A DNA stretch of 34,813 bases from a virus. Lineage: Duplodnaviria > Caudoviricetes. The stretch covers positions 1-34,813 of the IMG/VR virus record IMGVR_UViG_3300034168_000656. One strand, given 5' to 3'. Below the pieces are notes generated by a model. The model did no database searches. It saw only the letters and a list, made by a program, of their open reading frames with translations, and was not told the DNA's origin. A program made the translations under genes and the position numbers. Below, one piece after another: positions 25,294 through 32,346 of the stretch. Numbering within the stretch: the stretch's first letter is position 1; each line of letters opens with the position of its first letter.

Positions 25294-26600
25294 TCTCTTA
25301 TTAATCTACTTCGTGGTGCTTTTGCTTTTGGTTTTAATTCGAAATAATATCGCATCATTATACTATCCCATTGGTCAGGTGAACGTCCTATATTTGCTTT
25401 TATTACGTCTTTTGAAACTATGCCTAATCTAGTGTCTTTGTCAATCTCTTTTTGTTTGACCTGTTCCATTTCTTCGCTTACTAAATCTCTAATAGTTCCG
25501 TTTGAATTTATTTCACCGCATTCTCTATTCTGTATTTTTTTAGCCATTAAAATAGAACATTGACTTTTTAGATTCTCGTAATTTTCACCATTCAAAGCAC
25601 GACTATTATTTACAAAGCCTTCACATTTCAGCATGTCAACTAAACCGCCACCAACTCCATCTTCATCCGCTATGGTGTAACTATTCGATATTGAATATTT
25701 AACTTGTAATCTTCTTGCCTCATCCCTTGCTTCTGTAATAGTGTTTTTCTCAAAGGTAACAACATCAATACAAACCCATTCATCCCACACTCTGAATACT
25801 GTGCTATCTTTACCTTTCCTAGCTACGTCAATAGTCAAATAATGCTTACCATTTGATTGTAAATGTACAGGATTAAAATAGTCTATAATAGCGTCCATTT
25901 CAATCAATGTACTAGGATCGTCGTCGTATTCCCAGTTTCCATAATACAACCTTTGTTTTGAATTATTATCTAGCTGCAATAGTGATTTTAAGTAACTAGG
26001 GTGTAAATGTGGATTGTCTTGAGGTAGTGCTTGTATAAATTTTCGGTATGGTTTAATAGTTCCGTTCTTCGATGGTTGGTAGAATTCTTTATAAGTCCAA
26101 TTTTTAGCGGGATTAAGAGTGCCCAACATCTTTGGCAATAGATTATGTTCATTTAGTTTATATCTTATCCTAGACTTAACTATTTGCCACGCTTTATAAA
26201 CCAACTGGTTGCACTCATCTATAAAAGCACCTGTTATTTCTAATGACCCTAGACTATCATAATTTGGATCACTTGGATATAAGAATAAATCCTTTAATAT
26301 TATTTCACTTCCATTACTCCAATAGATAACATTTGATTGAGCATTATAATTAAACTCATTGCCTATATCTAATTTACCAGCTAGTTCAAAGAATGTATTT
26401 AAAGTGGTTTCTTTTAGTGTTTTTAATTTTGACCTACCCATTAACCATCTAGTACCAGGATAATTTTGGCACATTGAAATTAACCATAAACATCCAAAGG
26501 CTGACTTACCACCTCCTGCAGCTCCACCATAGAGTACCTCTTCGGTTGTTGTATCATTTAAATAATAAGTGGCGTGTTCCTGTTTAATTAGTAGTTTCAT
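25290..26600 (-). CDS. terL: Terminase large subunit
   Basis: YGGAAGGGKS Walker A, AFIDE Walker B, TLNP, IDVAR...D and RSPD nuclease motifs. Confidence 0.96.
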   Translation of the reverse strand: MKLLIKQEHATYYLNDTTTEEVLYGGAAGGGKSAFGCLWLISMCQNYPGTRWLMGRSKLKTLKETTLNTFFELAGKLDIGNEFNYNAQSNVIYWSNGSEIILKDLFLYPSDPNYDSLGSLEITGAFIDECNQLVYKAWQIVKSRIRYKLNEHNLLPKMLGTLNPAKNWTYKEFYQPSKNGTIKPYRKFIQALPQDNPHLHPSYLKSLLQLDNNSKQRLYYGNWEYDDDPSTLIEMDAIIDYFNPVHLQSNGKHYLTIDVARKGKDSTVFRVWDEWVCIDVVTFEKNTITEARDEARRLQVKYSISNSYTIADEDGVGGGLVDMLKCEGFVNNSRALNGENYENLKSQCSILMAKKIQNRECGEINSNGTIRDLVSEEMEQVKQKEIDKDTRLGIVSKDVIKANIGRSPDQWDSIMMRYYFELKPKAKAPRSRLIRE

Positions 26601-27000
26601 TTGGGTTTATTCCACTTCCTAAATTTATAATGTTTTGAATTTTTTCACCTGCGGTCGTAATATCAGTTTGTTTTGGTTTATCTAAACCTAGCATATCCCT
26701 TAAATCTTTAACTATATTTCTACATTCTCTAAAATCTTCAATAGTATAATTTTTTCTATATAAGTCTTGAAGTCTTCCATAAACTTCACTTTTAAAACTA
26801 TTAACATCAAAAGTATTTTCAAAATCTAATATTATTTGTTCTCTTGCTTTTGCTAAATAATTTTCCACCTGCCTCTCACCTATATTGTATTTTTCCGAAA
26901 CAAATTGAACAATATAAGATTTGCCACAACCTTTTAAAATCATTTCTTCAACAAGTCTTACTCTTTGTTGACTTTCTATAATTGTACATTTTTCGCTCAT
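26584..27000 (-). CDS. terS: Terminase small subunit
   Basis: N-terminal HTH, LGLDKPKQTDITTAGEKI tail, overlaps terL. Confidence 0.75.
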   Translation of the reverse strand: MSEKCTIIESQQRVRLVEEMILKGCGKSYIVQFVSEKYNIGERQVENYLAKAREQIILDFENTFDVNSFKSEVYGRLQDLYRKNYTIEDFRECRNIVKDLRDMLGLDKPKQTDITTAGEKIQNIINLGSGINPNETTN

Positions 27001-27599
27001 AATTCATCCATCCACTCTTTATGGTGGTTGTACAAAGATAATGAATTTAATATTAAATAGTTTTCTATTCGTGGATTTTCGCTCCAATTTGCCGAGCCAC
27101 TAACTGTTATGTAATTTTCACCACATTTCATTGAGAATGTTTTAGCGTGTGAATTAACTTCTTTTAATACAACTTGTTCAAAACCTTTTAAATTTAAAAC
27201 TAATGAAGCATACAAGGCTGGGTTGGCTGGTTTTAAAGTACTTGAAATAACTAATGTCAATTTTTTTAATGTTCCTTTTTCAAGTTCTATTTTTAATCTA
27301 TTTATATTAGCTTTTGAAATCGTCCAAGTCGCTAAATACATTTCATGAATAGTTCCAAATTCATCAATTGCATTATTAAAAAAAGAACCAGCATCTGAAG
27401 TCCCATTTGTTTTTATTGCTAAAATTTCATCTTGTTTTGGGAAACCTCCGAAATCATTAAGCATTTCTTTACAATTAATATCTCGTATATCTGTTTTTAA
27501 TTTTCTTTTTTCTGTTTCATCTAATTTTTTTCCTTTAGGATTTAGTTTAGATGTTTTTTTTATAAATGTAGTATTGTCGAATGAGAATAGATCTTCCAT
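26997..27599 (-). CDS. Phospholipase D-superfamily (single HxK) nuclease-like protein
   Basis: SHAK...SGSANWS...E motif. Confidence 0.75.
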   Translation of the reverse strand: MEDLFSFDNTTFIKKTSKLNPKGKKLDETEKRKLKTDIRDINCKEMLNDFGGFPKQDEILAIKTNGTSDAGSFFNNAIDEFGTIHEMYLATWTISKANINRLKIELEKGTLKKLTLVISSTLKPANPALYASLVLNLKGFEQVVLKEVNSHAKTFSMKCGENYITVSGSANWSENPRIENYLILNSLSLYNHHKEWMDEL

Positions 27600-27601
27600 G
27601 A

Positions 27602-27730
27602 TTATTGCTTTAGTTTTTTAATAAATTCTTTTAATTCAGCTATTTTATTCTCGGGAATTACAAACGATACTCTTTTTCCGTTTGTAATTTTTTTCCTTCC
27701 AGAATTTTCACGTTTACCGCCAGCTCTCAT
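27602..27730 (-). CDS. Small basic DNA-binding protein, ribbon-helix-like (42 aa)
   Basis: Read manually: MRAGGKRENSGRKKITNGKRVSFVIPENKIAELKEFIKKLKQ; ATGA-coupled. Confidence 0.7.
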   Translation of the reverse strand: MRAGGKRENSGRKKITNGKRVSFVIPENKIAELKEFIKKLKQ

Positions 27731-27939
27731 AATTCTAAAGTATCTAAAATTCCTTGTAAACCACCAACTGCGATAACTAATCTTTCGGTTGTTTTTTCTT
27801 CTTCATCCCATAATTGAGAGTCATTTGTATTAAATGATGTTTTGTAATAAACGCCATTTATAAGGATTTCAAAGTTAATCCTGTAAGATCCGTAACCACT
27901 TTTTCTTACCATTTCTGCATCTGTAATAATCGCTTTCAT
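27727..27939 (-). CDS. Hypothetical early protein, paralog copy 1 (70 aa)
   Basis: 57/68 aa identical to 31746-31952. Confidence 0.85.
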   Translation of the reverse strand: MKAIITDAEMVRKSGYGSYRINFEILINGVYYKTSFNTNDSQLWDEEEKTTERLVIAVGGLQGILDTLEL

Positions 27940-27976
27940 AATTTCTATGTTTTAAATAAGCATCGTTGCTATACTT

Positions 27977-27984
27977 CAAAGATA
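27977..27984 (-). promoter_or_regulatory. Bacteroidota -7 promoter element
   Basis: TATCTTTG 37 nt before the ATG, downstream of a terminator. Confidence 0.65.
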
Positions 27985-28052
27985 CAAATTTTATTTTGAT
28001 TAATTACGTTTTTTTCAATCTATTATTATTATTTATATTAATTCTAAATAAC

Positions 28053-28086
28053 AAAAAAACCCCCGAATAATAATAGACGGGGGTTT
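28053..28086 (-). terminator. Intrinsic terminator after the SSB gene
   Basis: AAACCCCCG/CGGGGGTTT stem with a U-run. Confidence 0.85.
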
Positions 28087-28093
28087 GGTTACT

Positions 28094-28369
28094 TTATACT
28101 TTTGTGATTTTCCACGCTTGCAACGTGTTGTAAAAGAATCCGTCTTCTTTTTTGGATTCGTTATCTTTTAGGTTATAATCTAATTCAACTAAATCCCCAA
28201 CTTGGTTATACTTTAAAATATTATCTACTTTTGTATCCCCAAAAATCTCAAAGTATCCAGATTGTGGATATTCGCCCTCATTTTCTTTAACTCTAACATA
28301 CAATTTTTTGTATTGCCCTACTTCGATAACTTCGCTAATATGCGTAATTACGCCTTTAATCTTACTCAT
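28094..28369 (-). CDS. DUF3127-like single-stranded DNA-binding protein
   Basis: YPQ...FEIFGD...VGDLV...YNTLQAWKI pattern. Confidence 0.8.
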   Translation of the reverse strand: MSKIKGVITHISEVIEVGQYKKLYVRVKENEGEYPQSGYFEIFGDTKVDNILKYNQVGDLVELDYNLKDNESKKEDGFFYNTLQAWKITKV

Positions 28370-28542
28370 AAATCTATTTTTAATTGGTTGCTAATATACG
28401 TGTTTTTCTTTGATTTTTTAGCTTCTTTCAAAACTAATTCGTCGGTAACTGGATTGTAAATATATTCCTTTCCGTTAATTATACACGCTCCATAATGTCG
28501 AACTATGGATAGTTGCGAATGTGATACGTTAGATAGTTTCAT
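28366..28542 (-). CDS. Hypothetical protein (58 aa, MKLSNVSHSQLSIVRHYG...)
   Basis: Read manually; overlaps both neighbouring genes. Confidence 0.65.
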   Translation of the reverse strand: MKLSNVSHSQLSIVRHYGACIINGKEYIYNPVTDELVLKEAKKSKKNTYISNQLKIDL

Positions 28543-28822
28543 CTTTTATAAATGTTCCGTTTAAAGTTTGTCCTTTGCGGTCTTTTATTTCGTTGTATGC
28601 ACATTCTAAGCACGTGTCTAAATCAAACCCTAATTGTTCCGCTAGTATGATAAGAACTACATTAATGTCCCCTAGTGCGTCAATTTGTTCCGCTTTATTT
28701 CCTTTTAACATAGCATTACTTAGCTCTCCAATTTCTTCGACTAGCTTCATAAATTGTTTAGGTGCAAACTCTGGATTCAATAATCCTTTTGGTTTAGCCC
28801 ATTCTAAGACATTATTTTTCAT
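28529..28822 (-). CDS. mazG: MazG-like NTP pyrophosphohydrolase
   Basis: KLVEEIGEL...DALGD motif. Confidence 0.88.
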   Translation of the reverse strand: MKNNVLEWAKPKGLLNPEFAPKQFMKLVEEIGELSNAMLKGNKAEQIDALGDINVVLIILAEQLGFDLDTCLECAYNEIKDRKGQTLNGTFIKDETI

Positions 28823-29139
28823 TGTACTACTTTTATTTTAACATTAATAACTCCTTGTTTTAATTCAGCTATTTTACTGAATGCTTTCTTTGATAAGTCT
28901 AGTGTTACTTTACGGAATGATCCTGTATCTGTTACCTTAACTATCACGCTCTTGCCGTTATCTAGGTTAGTTACTTTTAACTTTGTTCCTAGCTTATGCG
29001 TATTACTAGCACATGTCAACTTATTTGCGTCATAAACTTGACCTGAACGCATAACTTTACCATGGAATGCATCACTATAGTAAGTAGCTTTAAAACTCGT
29101 TAGAACGCACCAAACACACATTACGATTATTGTTTTCAT
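28819..29139 (-). CDS. RlpA-like double-psi beta-barrel protein
   Basis: ATYYSDAFHG...SG.VYD...LGTKLKVTNLDNGKSVIVKVTDTG...LDLSKKAF. Confidence 0.88.
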   Translation of the reverse strand: MKTIIVMCVWCVLTSFKATYYSDAFHGKVMRSGQVYDANKLTCASNTHKLGTKLKVTNLDNGKSVIVKVTDTGSFRKVTLDLSKKAFSKIAELKQGVINVKIKVVQ

Positions 29140-29276
29140 TAGTAAAGTATTTTAATTCTTTTCATTTGTTCTTTATTACTTACAACAAAAATATTATCTT
29201 CTGGAAGTTGTTCTAATATTTCAAGCATAATTTGTTGTAGTAATAAAACTTGAGTTACTGATTTTATTATGTTCAT
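29139..29276 (-). CDS. Hypothetical protein (45 aa)
   Basis: Read manually; coupled at both ends. Confidence 0.55.
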   Translation of the reverse strand: MNIIKSVTQVLLLQQIMLEILEQLPEDNIFVVSNKEQMKRIKILY

Positions 29277-29431
29277 TTTGTTATTTTTATAAAATTTTCT
29301 TTAAAAGATTCAAGGCTTAAAACTATGTCAAGTCCTTTTTGTGGTCTTACACGAATAAAACCGTTACCCATTAATAATAGGGTAACGATTGAATTGTCGC
29401 GCTTATCCAAGTAACGAATTGATTCTTTCAT
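29273..29431 (-). CDS. Hypothetical protein (52 aa, MKESIRYLDKRDNS...)
   Basis: Read manually; its stop is ATGA-coupled to the next gene. Confidence 0.55.
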   Translation of the reverse strand: MKESIRYLDKRDNSIVTLLLMGNGFIRVRPQKGLDIVLSLESFKENFIKITK

Positions 29432-30032
29432 CGTAATCTTTTAAAAATATTCTACAATTTTCAACTTTCGCTTGCATTTGTTCAATCATAGCAGGATCAT
29501 ATTCCAAGTCAAAACTATAAAAGCGTTCATTGATTGGCATATGACTATAAAAGATATCGTTTCCGTAGTTCGCTTCAGCTGGTGTGTCTAGCAATACATA
29601 GACTAACTTCGCTTTCTTAAGTCCTGTTAAGTGCATATAGACTTGTAATTGTGCTTCGTAGTCTTTATTTATTGGTGAAGTAATAGAGTCTAAGAATGTA
29701 ACATAATCCCAGGAGCATTTAGTATCTATTACAAATTCATCTGTGATAACATCGGGAGTACCTTGGAAGTGTTCATCGTTGAAATGTACTATGTTCTTTT
29801 CAAGTATACCTAAACCAAATCTTTCAGCACAAATATCGATAGCTTCATCTTCGCACATATTACCTTTCCGGAAGTACTTAGAATCTATTTCGTCACGTAC
29901 TCCTGACTTTTGTTCTGCATACCATTTTTTAAGGTAAGTAATCATTGACACTCCTAACTTTAAATCGTCTTTTCCGTTTGTTAAAAGCAAGCCTGACTGA
30001 CTTGCTCTATGTCTATATAGCTTATTTTCCAT
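29403..30032 (-). CDS. YqaJ/lambda-exonuclease-like PD-(D/E)xK nuclease
   Basis: KGNMCE, GTPD, IDTKC and QLQVYM motifs. Confidence 0.85.
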   Translation of the reverse strand: MENKLYRHRASQSGLLLTNGKDDLKLGVSMITYLKKWYAEQKSGVRDEIDSKYFRKGNMCEDEAIDICAERFGLGILEKNIVHFNDEHFQGTPDVITDEFVIDTKCSWDYVTFLDSITSPINKDYEAQLQVYMHLTGLKKAKLVYVLLDTPAEANYGNDIFYSHMPINERFYSFDLEYDPAMIEQMQAKVENCRIFLKDYDERINSLLG

Positions 30033-30034
30033 AA

Positions 30035-30412
30035 TTATTTTATATTAGTTAATTCTTTACCTGTTAATGCAAAGTATAAGTTTTGTAATTGGTGAACGTA
30101 TTGTGTGCCATTTACTGAAAAATTTATTCCATCACAAGTCCATCCATCTAAGTCTTCATTTAATAAAATAGGTACTTCTGATTCATTAAATAATTTAAAC
30201 AATCCATTTTCATTTTTTTCAAACCCAAACTTAAACAACCATTCTTCTGTTAGTGGTATTGGCTCAAAATTTTCACTTTCAGGAAAACTTTCTAAATGAT
30301 GTATGTCTAAAGATTTTATTTCGCAAATTTCAACGCCTATTTTTTTTCTTAAAATTTTTGATCGTTTAGATTCATACACTAAATTTCCAACTCTTAACTC
30401 TTTACTTTCCAT
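30035..30412 (-). CDS. Hypothetical phage protein (125 aa)
   Basis: ELRVGNLV...IPLTEEWL.KFGF...VHQLQNLYFALTG pattern. Confidence 0.8.
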   Translation of the reverse strand: MESKELRVGNLVYESKRSKILRKKIGVEICEIKSLDIHHLESFPESENFEPIPLTEEWLFKFGFEKNENGLFKLFNESEVPILLNEDLDGWTCDGINFSVNGTQYVHQLQNLYFALTGKELTNIK

Positions 30413-30890
30413 TTTCTAATAATTTTTGTACTGATTCACTTACTTGATATTTACTTTTTACCTGTTCGATTGTAAACTTACCGCTACTTAATGCATTCTT
30501 TACCGCTTCAAAGTTAGGCGTGTTCACTTCTAAAATTGGAAGCTGTTTAATACTTGTAACTGTCTTTACTCTCAAAGCGTCTACATTCTCCCCAAAGGCT
30601 CTAATCTTTGCTACATAAAGCGTAATTTCTTTACCAACCCAATCCTCAATGTAAGGGGAGTTTAATGCCTTAGATATGTTTTTTGCATTTGTAGAATTAA
30701 CAATCATAGGTTTGTGACCTTTCAAGTTAATTACCATTGCTTCCTCTTTCTTATCCCCATTTTGTACCATTTCCTTAACCGCACTTTCGATAGTTACGTT
30801 TAATTCTACTAATCCATTACCTACCATTAATTCATACGAACCGATGTAATTAGGATTTCGAAGTTTTTTAAAGTGTGTTTTATTTTCCAT
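30402..30890 (-). CDS. Hypothetical protein, possible ssDNA-binding/annealing partner of the exonuclease
   Basis: KPMIVNSTN...IEDWVGKEITLY; position in the recombination module. Confidence 0.5.
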   Translation of the reverse strand: MENKTHFKKLRNPNYIGSYELMVGNGLVELNVTIESAVKEMVQNGDKKEEAMVINLKGHKPMIVNSTNAKNISKALNSPYIEDWVGKEITLYVAKIRAFGENVDALRVKTVTSIKQLPILEVNTPNFEAVKNALSSGKFTIEQVKSKYQVSESVQKLLENGK

Positions 30891-31080
30891 GATTATCTTC
30901 TATTAAAATATTAATTAAATCTTGCTCACTAAATTGTCCTAATAAAACATCTAGTAAATCAACACCAAAAGAAAGTTGTTGTGGTTTGGTGTTAACTTCG
31001 CGGTTAAGGATATACCCTAAACGCTTTAAGTTTTTTAAAGTCTTTTCTTGACTATCATTTAAATCTGCTACTATCTTCAT
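30880..31080 (-). CDS. Hypothetical protein (66 aa)
   Basis: Packed ORF. Confidence 0.7.
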   Translation of the reverse strand: MKIVADLNDSQEKTLKNLKRLGYILNREVNTKPQQLSFGVDLLDVLLGQFSEQDLINILIEDNHGK

Positions 31081-31216
31081 TTATTTTATTTATTATGTTT
31101 AACACTCTATCTATCATAAAAACTTGCCCATTAGAGAAATCGTTATCTCCGTATGTTTCTTGGTAGTTTACTAGGGAGATTTTCACATCTATTGCCCATT
31201 TTTCTAAATCATTCAT
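31055..31216 (-). CDS. Hypothetical protein (53 aa, MNDLEKWAIDVK...)
   Basis: Read manually. Confidence 0.55.
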   Translation of the reverse strand: MNDLEKWAIDVKISLVNYQETYGDNDFSNGQVFMIDRVLNIINKINEDSSRFK

Positions 31217-31370
31217 CTTCTTTTAGATTTTGTATTTGTAATTTAATTGTATCAATCATATCTAATTGAACTTCTATTTTTTCAGTTGATCCGTATTCAT
31301 TAGATTTTCTAATTAATGCGCTTTGAAAACCTTTAAGGTATGCTTCAAGTAATTCTAGTTTATCGTTCAT
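31209..31370 (-). CDS. Hypothetical protein (53 aa, MNDKLELLEAYLKG...)
   Basis: Read manually. Confidence 0.6.
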   Translation of the reverse strand: MNDKLELLEAYLKGFQSALIRKSNEYGSTEKIEVQLDMIDTIKLQIQNLKEDE

Positions 31371-31371
31371 C

Positions 31372-31506
31372 TTACTTATCATTTAATCGTTCATAATCAT
31401 AATCGTAATCCTCATTTTCTTCCTCTTGATCATTGTCATCAAGGTACTTGTCTAATTGCGATTCCCAATATCTATCGAAAGAATCGTTTCCGTAACATCC
31501 ACTCAT
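31372..31506 (-). CDS. Very acidic 44-aa protein
   Basis: MSGCYGNDSFDRYWESQLDKYLDDNDQEEENEDYDYDYERLNDK. Confidence 0.65.
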   Translation of the reverse strand: MSGCYGNDSFDRYWESQLDKYLDDNDQEEENEDYDYDYERLNDK

Positions 31507-31516
31507 TTTATTTAAT

Positions 31517-31735
31517 TTAAAAAGTTAATACTATTGATACACACCCTTTATTCATTTCAATCCAATTATTATCCGTTAGCGTAGGTTCGTAACCTAAACT
31601 CCTTAACAAAATTAGTTTTTCACTATTACAAAAGCCTTGTAATCGTATTTCATTTCGACGAAATGACACCGAGTAAAACATAAACATGTCAATTTTTTTT
31701 GCGATTATATTTAATAATCTTAATTCTCTTTTCAT
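31517..31735 (-). CDS. Hypothetical protein (72 aa)
   Basis: Packed ORF. Confidence 0.7.
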   Translation of the reverse strand: MKRELRLLNIIAKKIDMFMFYSVSFRRNEIRLQGFCNSEKLILLRSLGYEPTLTDNNWIEMNKGCVSIVLTF

Positions 31736-31745
31736 ACTTCAAATA

Positions 31746-31952
31746 TTAAATTGTTTCTAAAATTGCTTCTAAACCACCAACTGCATTTACTAATCTTTCA
31801 GTTGTCTTTACCTCTTCATCCCATAATTGAGAGTCATTTGTGTTGAATGACTTCTTGTAATAATCACCATCGATTAAGATTTCAAAGTTAATCTTGTAAG
31901 ATCCGTAACCACTTCTTCTTACCATTTCTGCATCTGTAATAATTGCTTTCAT
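31746..31952 (-). CDS. Hypothetical early protein, paralog copy 2 (68 aa)
   Basis: Start set at MKAIITD by alignment with copy 1. Confidence 0.85.
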   Translation of the reverse strand: MKAIITDAEMVRRSGYGSYKINFEILIDGDYYKKSFNTNDSQLWDEEVKTTERLVNAVGGLEAILETI

Positions 31953-31979
31953 AATTTCTTTTTGTTTGTTTGTATAGGA

Positions 31980-31987
31980 CAAATATA
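31980..31987 (-). promoter_or_regulatory. Bacteroidota -7 promoter element
   Basis: TATATTTG followed by a (CAAA)n leader like the one at 5065-5085. Confidence 0.7.
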
Positions 31988-32007
31988 ATGTTTTTATTAC
32001 AATAATA

Positions 32008-32346
32008 TTACATTTCTATTATGATCTTTTGAAATATTTTTAAATCGCGAACTAAGAAATACTTAAATCCTTGGTTTTCAACGATAGTTTGAAAGTCTTT
32101 TTGTTTCTCGGATTGCTTTCCTGTATCTGTTTTTAGTTCTATAAAATAAACTTGACCAAAATGTATCATAATTAAATCCGAAACACCAGCATATAATCCT
32201 GTTGCAATCTTTCTCATTTGCTCAACTGCATTTTTGGAATCGTTTGGCACACTAAAAATGATATTTCTTGGATTGTGATGTTTTAAGCAATATGTATTAC
32301 GATACCACATTACTATTTCTTGCTGTATTTTGTCTTCTGTCTTCAT
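32008..32346 (-). CDS. VRR-NUC family nuclease
   Basis: TEDKIQ...AGVSDL...FIELKT..GKQSEKQ. Confidence 0.9.
   Translation of the reverse strand: MKTEDKIQQEIVMWYRNTYCLKHHNPRNIIFSVPNDSKNAVEQMRKIATGLYAGVSDLIMIHFGQVYFIELKTDTGKQSEKQKDFQTIVENQGFKYFLVRDLKIFQKIIIEM

Noticed and set aside
29362-29387. CGTTACCC/GGGTAACG hairpin as a terminator
   Set aside because: It lies inside a plausible coupled ORF in mid-operon and has a weak U-tract. It is possible but unsupported.
84-30299. Plus-strand ORFs other than 14552-15070 (e.g. 1074-1406, 13179-14231, 18595-20076)
   Set aside because: They are antisense shadows of well-supported minus-strand genes, with Ser/Phe/Leu-rich composition and no motifs.
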